Of a stretch of DNA of 57,226 nt, positions 19,573-30,651 are shown piece by piece (position 1 is the stretch's first letter; each line of letters starts with the position of its first letter). The stretch lies in the sequence record DRR378314_1853; one strand, written 5' to 3'. The translations under genes and the position numbers were made by a program. Below the pieces are notes generated by a model that did not search any database, was not told where the DNA came from, and was given only the letters and a program-made list of their open reading frames with translations.

Positions 19573-20826
19573 ATGAAACCTTATTTTCCCAAAATAGAAG
19601 ACATCAGGAAGGCGGCCGAAACCATTAGGCAAGTTGCAGATATCACTCCATTGACGCAGAGCATTAGATATTCCAAGGCCTATGATGCCAATATTCTTTT
19701 AAAAAGGGAAGATTTACATAGGGTAAGAAGTTATAAAATAAGAGGGGCATTCAATAAGATCAGTTCCCTAACCAAAGAAGAAACGGTGAACGGAGTGGTA
19801 TGTGCCAGCGCCGGAAACCATGCCCAGGGTGTTGCTTTTGCCTGTAATCATTTAGGAATAAAAGGAACCATATATATGCCATCGGTGACCCCTAAACAAA
19901 AGGTTGAACAAACAAAGTTGTTTGGAGGGGATTGGGTAACTGTGGTCCTTGAAGGGGATACCTTTGATGATTCCTCCAATGCGGCAAAAAAGTTCTGTGC
20001 TGCTGAAAAAAAGACATATATCCATCCTTTTGATGACCCCAAAATTATTGAGGGACAGGCTACAGTTGGCTTGGAAATATTGGAACAGACCAAAAAGCCT
20101 ATAGACTATGTCTTTGTGGCTGTTGGTGGTGGCGGATTGGCCTCGGGTCTCTGTGCTGTATTCAAGACATTATCGCCACAAACAAAAATTATTGGCGTAG
20201 AACCGGAAGGAGCCCCGTCTATGAAAACTTCCATAGAAAAGGGAGTTAACACCGAACTGGAACACATAGACAAATTTATTGACGGTGCGGCCGTAAAACG
20301 CGTGGGAAACCTTACGTTTAATATTTGTAAGGAATACCTTCACGATATGGTAACCGTTCCGGAAGGCAAGGTTTGCCAGACCATTTTGGATCTTTACAAC
20401 AGGGACGCCATAGTTGTGGAACCGGCAGGAGCACTTACGATTACCGTTTTGGACGATTTTAAGGAAGAAATAAAAGGTAAAAACGTGATCTGCATTGTAA
20501 GTGGAAGTAACAATGATATTACACGAACGGCTGAGATAAAGGAACGCGCCTTGCTTTACGGCAAATTAAAACATTACTTTATTATACGCTTTCCCCAAAG
20601 ACCGGGTGCGTTGAAGGAGTTCGTTGTGGATATTTTAGGGCCCACGGATGATATTACCCATTTTGAATATTCAAAAAAATCGAGTCGGGAGAATGCTCCG
20701 GCAGTGGTGGGCATAGAATTAAAAAGCCCAGAAGATTTGGCTCCCCTAATTAAAAGGATGAAGGACAATAATTTTTTTGGGGACTACATTAACGATAAAC
20801 CGGATTTGTTTCAGTATTTAATTTAA
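19573..20826 (+). CDS. ilvA: Threonine ammonia-lyase, biosynthetic short form
   Basis: SYKIRGA (PLP Lys), SAGNHAQG, VGGGGL, single C-terminal ACT (FPQRPGAL). Confidence 0.93.
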   Translation: MKPYFPKIEDIRKAAETIRQVADITPLTQSIRYSKAYDANILLKREDLHRVRSYKIRGAFNKISSLTKEETVNGVVCASAGNHAQGVAFACNHLGIKGTIYMPSVTPKQKVEQTKLFGGDWVTVVLEGDTFDDSSNAAKKFCAAEKKTYIHPFDDPKIIEGQATVGLEILEQTKKPIDYVFVAVGGGGLASGLCAVFKTLSPQTKIIGVEPEGAPSMKTSIEKGVNTELEHIDKFIDGAAVKRVGNLTFNICKEYLHDMVTVPEGKVCQTILDLYNRDAIVVEPAGALTITVLDDFKEEIKGKNVICIVSGSNNDITRTAEIKERALLYGKLKHYFIIRFPQRPGALKEFVVDILGPTDDITHFEYSKKSSRENAPAVVGIELKSPEDLAPLIKRMKDNNFFGDYINDKPDLFQYLI

Positions 20827-20994
20827 TAACATTTGGGACAATTTTTATGATATTGCAAAATGCGAAATCCTTTTCGTGACTTTACTTCAAATATTCTACC
20901 AGATTTATAGGGAATTAAAATTATCGTTTTATTAATTTAGTGGTCTGATAGTTTAATTTCAATAGTTTCATCTTTCAAAAAAAAAGAATCACTT

Positions 20995-22581
20995 ATGGGC
21001 AAATCGGGCATACCTGCAGAACACACAATAAACGAGGTTATTCATCAAAGAACCTATCTTATCAATGGTGAATTAAGGGCTTGGAACGGGAACACCTCTG
21101 AGGTGTACTCCACCATATCCAGCACAGAAAAATATGCCCCAACATTACTGGGAAGTATCCCGGACATGGAGGAAAAGGAAGCTTTGGAAGCTCTGGACGC
21201 AGCCCTAGTGGCATACAACAAAGGTAAGGGCATCTGGCCTACCATGCGGGTAAAGGAACGCATAGACTGCATGGAGATTTTTGTAAATAAAATGCAGACC
21301 AAGAGGGATGAAATTGTTAAACTTTTAATGTGGGAAATTGGAAAATCGCTTCCAGACTCCCAGAAGGAGTTCGACAGAACCGTGGAGTATATTAATGATA
21401 CCATCGAGGATTACAAGCAACTTGATCGGGATAACGCCAAATTTGAAAAAAACGATGGTGTTTATGCTCATATTAGGCGGGGACCTCTTGGGGTCGTACT
21501 CTGTTTAGGACCATACAACTATCCTTTGAACGAAACTTTTGCCTTGCTTATTCCTGCTATAATTATGGGGAATACTACCATTTTTAAGCCAGCGAAACAT
21601 GGGGTTTTATTGATCACACCATTGTTGGAGGCTTTTCAATCCAGTTTCCCAAAAGGGGTAGTGAATATTGTATTTGGTAGGGGTAGGGCAGTAGCCGCCC
21701 CAATAATGAAGACAGGAAAAGTTGATGTTTTGGCCTTGATAGGCAATAGTAAATCTGCGAATGCGCTGCAAAATCAACATCCTAAAAGCAATAGATTGCG
21801 CTTGGTACTTGGATTGGAAGCTAAAAACCCGGCCATAATACTACCCGACGCCGATTTGGATTTAACCATAGACGAATGTATTGCAGGTACCTTGTCCTTT
21901 AACGGTCAACGTTGTACCGCACTAAAAATAATCTATGTACACGAGGATATTGCCGCGGAATTTAATAAAAGATTTTCTGAAAGGGTAGATGCTTTAAAAT
22001 TTGGAAACCCCTGGGAAGATGGTGTTAAGTTAACCCCTTTGCCCGAACCAGGTAAGCCCGCCTATATACAGGAATTGATAGATGACGCCAGGGAAAAAGG
22101 TGCCAAGATATTGAATAAAAAAGGGGGCACACATTCCGACAATTATATTTGGCCAGCTATATTATTTCCCGTTAACAAGGAAATGCGGGTCTATCAGGAA
22201 GAGCAATTTGGTCCGGTAATTCCAATCGTGACCTTTAAGGATATTGAAGAACCTTTAGACGATATGGCAGAATCCAATTATGGACAACAGGTGAGTTTGT
22301 TCGGAAGGGATGTATACGCCATAGCGCCCTTAATAGATACCTTGGTGAACCTGGTATGTAGGGTAAACCTGAACAGTTCTTGTCAACGTGGCCCGGATGT
22401 TTATCCATTTACAGGACGAAAGGATTCTGCCCAAGCCACCCTAAGTGTCTATGATGCATTACGTTCCTTTTCTATTAGAACCTTTGTAGCCTTTAAGGAC
22501 AACGAACTTAATAATGAAACCGTAGAACAGCTGTTAGAGTCCAAATTGTCGAATTTTATTAGTACCGACTACATTTTATAG
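20995..22581 (+). CDS. gapN: NADP-dependent non-phosphorylating glyceraldehyde-3-phosphate dehydrogenase (ALDH family)
   Basis: [43 protein letters not shown]. Confidence 0.8.
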   Translation: MGKSGIPAEHTINEVIHQRTYLINGELRAWNGNTSEVYSTISSTEKYAPTLLGSIPDMEEKEALEALDAALVAYNKGKGIWPTMRVKERIDCMEIFVNKMQTKRDEIVKLLMWEIGKSLPDSQKEFDRTVEYINDTIEDYKQLDRDNAKFEKNDGVYAHIRRGPLGVVLCLGPYNYPLNETFALLIPAIIMGNTTIFKPAKHGVLLITPLLEAFQSSFPKGVVNIVFGRGRAVAAPIMKTGKVDVLALIGNSKSANALQNQHPKSNRLRLVLGLEAKNPAIILPDADLDLTIDECIAGTLSFNGQRCTALKIIYVHEDIAAEFNKRFSERVDALKFGNPWEDGVKLTPLPEPGKPAYIQELIDDAREKGAKILNKKGGTHSDNYIWPAILFPVNKEMRVYQEEQFGPVIPIVTFKDIEEPLDDMAESNYGQQVSLFGRDVYAIAPLIDTLVNLVCRVNLNSSCQRGPDVYPFTGRKDSAQATLSVYDALRSFSIRTFVAFKDNELNNETVEQLLESKLSNFISTDYIL

Positions 22582-22618
22582 CCAATATTTTAGTTTTATC
22601 GGAACTTGAAAATTTTCT

Positions 22619-22666
22619 AAAAACTAAAGCCCAACTTGATATTTATCTCGTGGGCTTTAGTTTTTT
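22619..22666. terminator. Bidirectional intrinsic terminator between convergent gapN and the kinase gene
   Basis: AAAAACTAAAGCCCA...TGGGCTTTAGTTTTT inverted repeat with A and T tails. Confidence 0.75.
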
Positions 22667-22688
22667 AATATCATATCTGTACAGATGA

Positions 22689-24455
22689 CTATTGAATATA
22701 CTTTTGCTGCAGAATGGATGTCAATGTTTTGAATAATTCCGTTGGATTAAAAGGTTTGCATATAAGCCCATCTATTCCGTATTCCCCTAGCTGATTTTTA
22801 ATATCCATTCCTGTGGAAGCAGACAGCGCGTAAATGGGCATAACCTTATTGAGCGGATTGTTCGAGTCCCTAATTGCCTTGCTGGCCTCAAAACCATTCA
22901 TTACCGGCATTTGAAGGTCCATCAAAATCATATCATAGGTATTCTCCAGTGCCTTATTAAGTGCAATTAGTCCATTTTCGGCTATTTCAAAATCTACCTG
23001 CCATTTGGAGAGAAATTTTTCAATGACCATAATATTCACCTTATTATCCTCGGCCACGAGAATTCTGGTCCCTTTTAGATTATCCTGCTCATGAAATGAC
23101 TTGGCGTCAAAGGAATAGATATCCTCCTGATGATCGGTCATGCTGCTCTTTTGCAGTTTCAACTTAAAACTAAAGGTAGATCCTTTGCCAACCTCGCTCT
23201 CCAATTCAAGATCGCTGTCCATAATTTCCAATAATCGCTTACAGATGGCCAGTCCCAGACCTGTACCTCCATACTTTCTTGTAGTATCGGAATTGGCCTG
23301 GGCAAACGAAAGAAATATTTTATCTTTTTTATCTTCGGGAATACCAATTCCCGTATCGGATATTACAAATTCCAAAAAGTAGAAATCCTCCTTTACTTCC
23401 AGCACTTCTATATCCACCTTAACCTTACCCTCTTCGGTAAACTTAATGGCATTACTTACCAAATTGGTCAGGATTTGTGACAATCTGGTACTGTCACCGA
23501 TAAATGTTTTTGGAATGGAAGTATCTTTCTTGATAAGCAACCGAATATCCTTTTCTTTTGCAGTATTGTGGAATATACTTCCCAAACCGTTCAGCACCTG
23601 ATTTAAACTAAAATCCCTTTCTTCCAATTCCAATTGTCCGGATGCAATTTTGTTAAAATCCAAAATATCATTTACCAAACACAATAAATGCTCGGAAGAG
23701 TGCTTTAAAGTACTTAGGTTTTCCAACTGCTCCGGTTTAGGATTTTCCAAAAGTAGCAGGTGACTTATACCTATGACCGCATTCAACGGAGTTCTTATTT
23801 CATGAGACATAGTGGTCAAAAACTCGTCCTTGGCCTTATTGGCCATAGATTCCTTCTCCTTGGCTTCAATTAGGGCCAATTCTGTTTCTTTTATTTTGCT
23901 AATATCTACAATAGCCCCTATATACCCCTCAATATTTCCGTCTTCGGACATAATGACCTTCAAGGAAAAATCCAACCATTTATGTTCTCCGGTAATAATT
24001 TGGGACTTAAACGATTTGCTTATGGTCTTAAAATTGGGAGTCCTAAGGTCTATAAGGTTTTTTAAATCGTTTCCTTGCTCATCCTTTAGGAATTGGTAGT
24101 AAGGTTTCCCTAAACAATCTTTAACCTTATAACCTGTCAACTTTCTCCAGGCAGGGTTCAGATAGGACCAATTGCCATTCAGGTCCATTTCAAAAATAAC
24201 ATCCTTGATGTTTCCGGCCACTTTGGACAATTGTCCTGAAATGGATTCCACACTGTTTTTTAACTGCTGGTTCGTCTGGAACAACTCTTGCGAACTTTTC
24301 TCCAAAACATTCTCAACCTGCTCCAAATCACAATCATAAGCCTTATATGCTTCATCCACTTGATGCAATAAAGGGGCGATAAGATCTAGAGTACTATCAT
24401 CCAAATCTATCTTTCTTAACTGTCTTTTGAGAAGTCTGTGGTAATTATTGCTCAT
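22689..24455 (-). CDS. Cytoplasmic hybrid histidine kinase (PAS-HisKA-HATPase-REC)
   Basis: PAS (YLNPAWRKLTGY), H-box MSHEIRTPLN, N-box NLVSNAIKFT, DTGIG and GGTGLGL, receiver AEDN/LMDLQMP/KP; no TM segment. Confidence 0.92.
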   Translation of the reverse strand: MSNNYHRLLKRQLRKIDLDDSTLDLIAPLLHQVDEAYKAYDCDLEQVENVLEKSSQELFQTNQQLKNSVESISGQLSKVAGNIKDVIFEMDLNGNWSYLNPAWRKLTGYKVKDCLGKPYYQFLKDEQGNDLKNLIDLRTPNFKTISKSFKSQIITGEHKWLDFSLKVIMSEDGNIEGYIGAIVDISKIKETELALIEAKEKESMANKAKDEFLTTMSHEIRTPLNAVIGISHLLLLENPKPEQLENLSTLKHSSEHLLCLVNDILDFNKIASGQLELEERDFSLNQVLNGLGSIFHNTAKEKDIRLLIKKDTSIPKTFIGDSTRLSQILTNLVSNAIKFTEEGKVKVDIEVLEVKEDFYFLEFVISDTGIGIPEDKKDKIFLSFAQANSDTTRKYGGTGLGLAICKRLLEIMDSDLELESEVGKGSTFSFKLKLQKSSMTDHQEDIYSFDAKSFHEQDNLKGTRILVAEDNKVNIMVIEKFLSKWQVDFEIAENGLIALNKALENTYDMILMDLQMPVMNGFEASKAIRDSNNPLNKVMPIYALSASTGMDIKNQLGEYGIDGLICKPFNPTELFKTLTSILQQKYIQ

Positions 24456-25579
24456 TCAGAAAATGTTGTTATCGTCATTGTTTGATTGTGCAGTGTACAT
24501 GGCGAAAACTTATCAAAGGGGGCAATTTCCCCGTACGAATAGAAGCCCGTGGTATAGATATCATTTCCAAATACTTCATTTACTGCCTCTACCTCTTCCT
24601 CCACCAATTGCTTCATAACCAATCTTCGCCCTACACAGCTTATCAAGAAAGCCAACTGATGTTGATCTTCCGTACTATTCTTGGCAGTAATGGCAGATTG
24701 TTCCGCACCACCTATAATTCTATCAATATTGGCCTTCATTAGTCTTACATAAGAACCTTGGGGAATGTTTCCCGCAAAGGTGAGACTTCCATTTTTCTCA
24801 TCAACTGACAAAATAGTCCTTACCACTGGTATTTGATTATCTTCATCCCTCATGCTCAAAGGAAATAACAGACCCGATCCAGGCAAATCCTTTGCCATGT
24901 CTCCTAAAAATGATTTATACAGCTCCAATGCCGGTTGCCCATCCAATTCATAGAGCACATTGTTGGTAGATTTCGTTACCAATCTTTCAATTCCAAAACT
25001 ATCCCAACCTCCCTTGGATGCAAATCCTATACTTAGTTCCGGGCCGTACAAACCCAGGGCAACTATCTTTTTGGAAGCCACTTTATTCCCGGAAATGACA
25101 AGGGTATTCTCAAAGTTTGAACAATCGCCTGCCAAACCGCCAGTGATACTTACAGACTTATCCAAATCGGCATGCAACCCCTTTACCAATTCTGCCCCAT
25201 TTACAATAAGTCCATCGCTGAGTACGAAAATATGTCTCAAATCTGGCCCCATTAATTTGCTACTAATAGCCTTACCTGCCTCATAACTATCCAGATTGCA
25301 AGCAACTAGATCAACTTCCTCGATTCTCAGTTTCGTCTTTTCAAACTTAACCGCAGTTAGGGCAATCGTAGAATCCAACACCTCATTTCCCAAGATCTCT
25401 CCAGCAGTGGAACAACCAATTAGAATAGCACCTTCAAATTTACATGCAAGTTTGCTTACAAATTCTTCCGTACCAATAAAGGTTGGAGACGCGAAAAGAA
25501 AAAACACATCAGGAACAAATTTCAAATCCAAATGATCAAGGTCCTGGAGATGAAGTACTTTATGCTGATATATTTTCAT
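24452..25579 (-). CDS. FIST N/C domain signal-transduction protein (NosP-like)
   Basis: GCSTAGEI, LSDGL, GGLAGD, LYELDGQPAL, SCVGRR, GFYSYGEI, LHNQTMT. Overlaps the kinase start (ATGA). Confidence 0.9.
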   Translation of the reverse strand: MKIYQHKVLHLQDLDHLDLKFVPDVFFLFASPTFIGTEEFVSKLACKFEGAILIGCSTAGEILGNEVLDSTIALTAVKFEKTKLRIEEVDLVACNLDSYEAGKAISSKLMGPDLRHIFVLSDGLIVNGAELVKGLHADLDKSVSITGGLAGDCSNFENTLVISGNKVASKKIVALGLYGPELSIGFASKGGWDSFGIERLVTKSTNNVLYELDGQPALELYKSFLGDMAKDLPGSGLLFPLSMRDEDNQIPVVRTILSVDEKNGSLTFAGNIPQGSYVRLMKANIDRIIGGAEQSAITAKNSTEDQHQLAFLISCVGRRLVMKQLVEEEVEAVNEVFGNDIYTTGFYSYGEIAPFDKFSPCTLHNQTMTITTFSE

Positions 25580-25984
25580 GACGCTAAATTTTGTAAGAAA
25601 AATCTTCTTTTATATATGGTATCAACGTTTAATAATCATAAATCGTATAGATTTTGAAATTTAATGGGAGATACCACTAGTCTTATGTATTTATGATTTA
25701 TGCAAAAAAATTACTACCCTTCCAACTGTCAATTAGTCCTTTAGGCCGCCATTGATAAAAAATTTAGACCATAGAGGCTGTAAAAAGTCGAACCCATTAA
25801 GTATTAAATGTTTGCCAAAAAAACACCAAAACTACTATAAACACACGCAATGTGATTAAAGAGTATTACTTTTGCCGCTTTTTTGCAGGATATAAATGAA
25901 TATAAATAGGATAATTATCCATAGCTACACGAAAATACCTTGTAGTAATATTGTACCTGTATTAATGTCTTAAATAATAATATT

Positions 25985-27187
25985 ATGAGTATGGACAAAT
26001 CGAACAAAAAAGCGCTACTTGCCCTAGGGGTAGGAGGCTTTGGTATAGGGATGACCGAGTTTGTGATAATGGGTATTCTACCGGACGTGGCCAATTCTCT
26101 TCAAATAAGTATACCTCAAGCAGGTCATTTTATATCGGCCTATGCCTTGGGCGTGGTAATCGGTGCCCCCACTTTAACAGCTCTAAGCGGAAAGTGGCCA
26201 GCACATAAAGTGTTGTTATTTTTAATGATATGGTTTACGGTTTTCAACACCCTTTCAGCATTTTCAACGAACTATGTTACTTTAATGGTCGCTAGATTCT
26301 TGTCTGGATTGCCACATGGAGCATTTTTTGGAATTGGTGCTGTAGTGGCCGGAAAGTTGGCGAAGGAGGGGAAAGCAGCCCAGGCCATTGCCACCATGTT
26401 CGCCGGTTTAACCATTGCCAATGTAATAGGGGTACCAATTGGTACTTACCTGGGGCATCATTATAATTGGAATCTATCGTTTTTAATGGTGGGTATTGTT
26501 GGTATCGTCGCAATGGTAAGTATTTACCTATGGATCCCAAAAATGGAAAAATCCTCCTCTGAGGGATTCTTCAAAGATTTGAAGGTTTTTAAAAGAGTGG
26601 AAATTTGGCTGCTCATCTTACTAACTACAATCGGGACTGGGGGATTCTTTGCCTGGTATAGCTATATAGCCCCCTTGTTGACCAACGTATCCGGACATTC
26701 TGAAAGTATGGTGAGTTATGCCATGATTTTGGCCGGTGTAGGAATGGTGTTCGGTAATTTCATTGGCGCTAAAATGGCAGAGATTTTTAGCCCGTTGAAA
26801 GCAGTTATCATCAGCTTATCCTTAATGGTAATGGTACTGCTGATAAACTTCCTGGTTGCTGCAAATCCAGTAGCAATATTAATTTTAACCTTCATTATTG
26901 GAATCGTTTCCTTTATGGTAGGCACTCCAATTCAATTGGCCATTATAAAGGCTTCCAAAGGATCTGAGATGTTGGGGTCTTCCATGAATCAGAGTGCCTT
27001 CAATATGGGCAATGCCTCTGGAGCATTCTTTGCCGGATTGCCCATAGCCATGGGATTTGGATTTACCTCCGCAAGCTTGGTCGGGGCCTTAATGGCCGGC
27101 ACAGGCATTACCATTGCCGTATTGATCTTGGTGTTTTCTAAAAATAGAGCGGTCAGTACTAAAAGAAAAATGGCGTTTAACTCTTAA
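25985..27187 (+). CDS. MFS transporter, AraJ/DHA1-like
   Basis: GGFGIGMTEFVIMGILP, ISAYALGVVIGAP, RFLSGLPHGAFFG; 12 TM. Confidence 0.88.
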   Translation: MSMDKSNKKALLALGVGGFGIGMTEFVIMGILPDVANSLQISIPQAGHFISAYALGVVIGAPTLTALSGKWPAHKVLLFLMIWFTVFNTLSAFSTNYVTLMVARFLSGLPHGAFFGIGAVVAGKLAKEGKAAQAIATMFAGLTIANVIGVPIGTYLGHHYNWNLSFLMVGIVGIVAMVSIYLWIPKMEKSSSEGFFKDLKVFKRVEIWLLILLTTIGTGGFFAWYSYIAPLLTNVSGHSESMVSYAMILAGVGMVFGNFIGAKMAEIFSPLKAVIISLSLMVMVLLINFLVAANPVAILILTFIIGIVSFMVGTPIQLAIIKASKGSEMLGSSMNQSAFNMGNASGAFFAGLPIAMGFGFTSASLVGALMAGTGITIAVLILVFSKNRAVSTKRKMAFNS

Positions 27188-27219
27188 TCCTTATCTAAGG
27201 TTAAATTTTGTTGTAAGAT

Positions 27220-27258
27220 AAAATAGGGCGACCAATCAAATTTGGTCGCCCTATTTTT
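27220..27258. terminator. Bidirectional intrinsic terminator between the MFS gene and leuB
   Basis: AAAATAGGGCGACCAA-TCAAAT-TTGGTCGCCCTATTTT perfect 16-bp stem. Confidence 0.85.
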
Positions 27259-27260
27259 AT

Positions 27261-27285
27261 AGATTCCTGCCTACGCAGGAAAGAC
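27261..27285. repeat. Short palindromic REP/dRS3-like element AGATTCCTGCCTACGCAGGAAAGAC
   Basis: TTCCTGC-CTAC-GCAGGAA hairpin. Same ATTCCN-N8-NGGAAN geometry as Neisseria dRS3-type repeats. One copy in the window. Confidence 0.5.
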
Positions 27286-27291
27286 ATTCTA

Positions 27292-28347
27292 TTATATATT
27301 TTTAGCCAACCAATCGCCAACTTCACTAGTCTTATAAGCTTTTCCTCCTTCTGCCAAATCTTCAGTAACAAAACCTTCTGCAAGCGATTTGTTTACTACA
27401 TCACGAATGGCCTGTGCCTCTTCTTTCAAGTCAAAATCTTCGAACATCATAGCCGCTGATAGTACCGTAGCCAATGGGTTTGCTATATCCTTACCTGCAG
27501 CCTGTGGATATGACCCGTGAATAGGTTCATATAACCTAACTTTGCTTCCTACGGAAGCCGATGGCATCAATCCCATAGACCCAGATATTACTGAGGCCTC
27601 ATCCGTTAAAATATCCCCAAAAAGATTTTCAGTTATTATTACATCATACCCTTTTGGCCATTGTACCAATCGCATAGCAACGGCATCTACAAATTCATAG
27701 GAAACTGTTACTTCTGGGTAATCTTTTTCCATGGCTTGAACTGTTTCACGCCATAGACGTGAAGATTCCAAAACATTGGCCTTATCAACACAACAAAGTC
27801 TTTTGGATCGGGTCATAGCCATTTCAAAGCCTTTTTTTGCCAAACGCTGAATTTCCGCACGGGTATAGGTCATTGTGTCAAAGGCAGTATTCCCATTATC
27901 CTTACGCCCACGTTCCCCAAAATACACTCCGCCTGTCAATTCCCTGAGAATAATCAAATCCGTACCCTCGATGCGCTCACGTTTCAAAGGGGATTTATCT
28001 ATAAGTGAAGGGAAAGTAAAAGTAGGTCTAACATTGGCAAACAAACCTAATTTTTGTCTCATTTTCAACAATCCCTGTTCTGGACGTACCTTGGCAGAGG
28101 GATCGTTGTCGAATCTTGGATGCCCTATCGCCCCGAATAAAACGGCATCCGCAGCTTCACAAACGGCATGGGTTTCATCCGGATAAGGCTCTCCAACCGC
28201 ATCAATTGCTGCTGCACCGGTAAGGGCAGGCGTCCAGCTTATCTCGTGATTGTATTTCTTGGCTATGGCATTGGATACTTTTACCGCTTGATCAATTACT
28301 TCAGGACCTATTCCATCTCCTGCTAAAAGGGCAATATTTAATTTCAT
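27292..28347 (-). CDS. leuB: 3-isopropylmalate dehydrogenase
   Basis: GDGIGPEV, RELTGGVYFG, VDKANVL, NLFGDILTDEA, EPIHGS. Confidence 0.96.
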   Translation of the reverse strand: MKLNIALLAGDGIGPEVIDQAVKVSNAIAKKYNHEISWTPALTGAAAIDAVGEPYPDETHAVCEAADAVLFGAIGHPRFDNDPSAKVRPEQGLLKMRQKLGLFANVRPTFTFPSLIDKSPLKRERIEGTDLIILRELTGGVYFGERGRKDNGNTAFDTMTYTRAEIQRLAKKGFEMAMTRSKRLCCVDKANVLESSRLWRETVQAMEKDYPEVTVSYEFVDAVAMRLVQWPKGYDVIITENLFGDILTDEASVISGSMGLMPSASVGSKVRLYEPIHGSYPQAAGKDIANPLATVLSAAMMFEDFDLKEEAQAIRDVVNKSLAEGFVTEDLAEGGKAYKTSEVGDWLAKNI

Positions 28348-28409
28348 TCAGTTTTGCTTTTTGCCAAACGTTTATTCGACTGGCTTGGTTATAATTGTTT
28401 GTGTTTTTC

Positions 28410-29927
28410 CTAGATTATATTCAACATTTTCTCGGTGGCCTTTATGGCTGAAACAGTTTGATCTGAGTCCAGCCCCCTGGAAATAAATTCCTTATCGCCC
28501 CTTTTCCAGGTAATAATGGTTTCACAGAGAGCATCGGAATTACTGCCAGGTGGAATTCGCACCGCGTAATCCACCAAAGTGGGCAATTCCAATTTTTTGG
28601 ATTTGTATACTTTTCTCAATGCATTCATAAAGGCATCGTATTGTCCGTCGCCCTGAGCGTGCTCCTCTATAAGTTCACCATTAATTTCGAGGGCTAGAGT
28701 AGTGGAGGGCTTTAAACCTTTCGAATGGGTAAGTACATATGATTTAACAAAAACCTTTTGCTGATAGGTATCGCTATCCAAAACATCGGAAATAATATAG
28801 GGGAGGTCCTCCTTGGTTACCTTTTCCTTTTTATCTCCCAATTCAATAATACGTGCCGTAACCTTTTTTAACTCATCATCATTGAGCGTTAATCCCAGCT
28901 CTTGTAAGTTCTTTTGAATGTTGGCCTTTCCCGAAGTTTTACCTAAGGCGTACTTACGTTTTCTACCAAATCTCTCCGGCATTAAATCATTAAAGTACAA
29001 GTTTTTCTTACTGTCCCCATCTGCATGGATTCCTGCAGTTTGAGTAAAAACATTATCCCCTACGATAGGCTTGTTAGCAGGAATTCCAAATCCGGTAAAG
29101 GCAGAAACCAACTTGCTCACCTTATATAGGGAAGATTCGTTCACAGCCACCTCTATTTCGGGCATAAAATCGTTGATTACAGCTATAGCACTTGCCATTG
29201 GCGCGTTACCAGCCCTTTCACCCATTCCGTTAACGGTTAAATGAAGTCCATGGCAACCTGCTTTAATTGCCTCCATTACATTGGAAACACTTAAATCATA
29301 ATCGTTATGCCCATGAAAATCGAAATGCATATTGGGATAACGCTGTACTATTTCCGATATAAACTTATATGTTTCTGTGTAGGTCAGGATTCCCAAAGTG
29401 TCGGGCAACAAAACCCTTTTTACTGGCTGAGTGGACAGAAAATCTATAAATTGGAATACGTATTCCTTTGAATTTCGCATCCCATTGCTCCAGTCTTCCA
29501 AATAAACATTGGTAGAGATACCTTCCTTGGCCGCTTCTGCTATGGCCTTTTCTATTTCGCTAAAATGTTGTTCCGGAGTTTTTTTAAGCTGGTGTGTTAG
29601 GTGGTTCATAGAACCTTTGGTTAAAAGATTCTGGACCTTGGCACCGGATTTTTTCATCCAATCAATAGAAACACCCCCATCCACGAATGTCAATACCTCA
29701 ACACGGTTAATATACCCTTTGGTATTGGCCCATTCGGTAATCTGTTGTACCGCTGAAAGTTCTCCCTCCGATACCCTGGCAGAAGCTACTTCAATTCTAT
29801 CTACATTCAACTCATCCAACAATAACTTAGCCAAGGTAAGCTTTTCGGATGCCGAAAAGGACACCCCAGAGGTCTGTTCGCCATCCCTAAGGGTGGTGTC
29901 CATTATTTCAATTATTCTTCGTTTCAT
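28410..29927 (-). CDS. cimA: DRE-TIM synthase with LeuA regulatory domain, probable (R)-citramalate synthase (Leptospira/Bacteroides type)
   Basis: DTTLRDGEQT, HGHND, GERAGNA. IEVASARVS, YLEDWSNG and AGIHADGD are features of the CimA clade rather than canonical LeuA (EAGFP, SGIHQDG). Confidence 0.7.
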   Translation of the reverse strand: MKRRIIEIMDTTLRDGEQTSGVSFSASEKLTLAKLLLDELNVDRIEVASARVSEGELSAVQQITEWANTKGYINRVEVLTFVDGGVSIDWMKKSGAKVQNLLTKGSMNHLTHQLKKTPEQHFSEIEKAIAEAAKEGISTNVYLEDWSNGMRNSKEYVFQFIDFLSTQPVKRVLLPDTLGILTYTETYKFISEIVQRYPNMHFDFHGHNDYDLSVSNVMEAIKAGCHGLHLTVNGMGERAGNAPMASAIAVINDFMPEIEVAVNESSLYKVSKLVSAFTGFGIPANKPIVGDNVFTQTAGIHADGDSKKNLYFNDLMPERFGRKRKYALGKTSGKANIQKNLQELGLTLNDDELKKVTARIIELGDKKEKVTKEDLPYIISDVLDSDTYQQKVFVKSYVLTHSKGLKPSTTLALEINGELIEEHAQGDGQYDAFMNALRKVYKSKKLELPTLVDYAVRIPPGSNSDALCETIITWKRGDKEFISRGLDSDQTVSAIKATEKMLNII

Positions 29928-30054
29928 TTATGCAGAACTAGTAACCGTATGTCTATTGTCCAATAACTTAAAAACAGTAAAACGCCTTTTTAACCTATCA
30001 AGAAGAGGATAAACCTCCACTTAATATGAGGCACATTTACTGCAACCCAATACT

Positions 30055-30651
30055 TTACAAGGGAGTATCTTCGGCAAATTCCCTAATATTCTCCTTTATG
30101 TTCAAAAGATAATCAATATCATCAAAGCCGTTAAGCATATTATCTTTTTTGTAATTGTTGATATCAAAGCTTTCGGATTCACCAGTAGTTGTCAAAGTAA
30201 TGGTCTGTTCCGGTAGATTGACTACCAATTCTGTTTTTGGATCCGCATAGATTGCCTCAAATATTTTTTCTAAAAACGGAGCACTTACCTGTACCGGCAA
30301 TACCCCAATGTTTAGACAATTGTTCTTAAAAATATCTGCAAAAAAACTGGATACCACACATCTAAATCCATAATCGTAAACTGCCCAAGCAGCATGTTCC
30401 CTAGAAGAACCGGATCCAAAGTTTTTGCCCCCAACCAATATTTTACCACTAAAGGTAGGATTGTTCAATACAAAATCCTCTTTTGGACTATTATCCGGAT
30501 TGTAGCGCCAATCCCTGAACAAATTGTCCCCAAAACCTTTACGCTCCGTCGCCTTAAGAAAACGGGCAGGAATTATTTGATCCGTATCCACATTTTCAAT
30601 AGGAAGCGGAACCGCTGTTGTTTTAAGTATATTAAATTTATCGTATGCCAT
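30055..30651 (-). CDS. leuD: 3-isopropylmalate dehydratase small subunit
   Basis: NVDTDQIIPARFL, NFGSGSSREHA, FADIFKNN. Confidence 0.96.
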   Translation of the reverse strand: MAYDKFNILKTTAVPLPIENVDTDQIIPARFLKATERKGFGDNLFRDWRYNPDNSPKEDFVLNNPTFSGKILVGGKNFGSGSSREHAAWAVYDYGFRCVVSSFFADIFKNNCLNIGVLPVQVSAPFLEKIFEAIYADPKTELVVNLPEQTITLTTTGESESFDINNYKKDNMLNGFDDIDYLLNIKENIREFAEDTPL

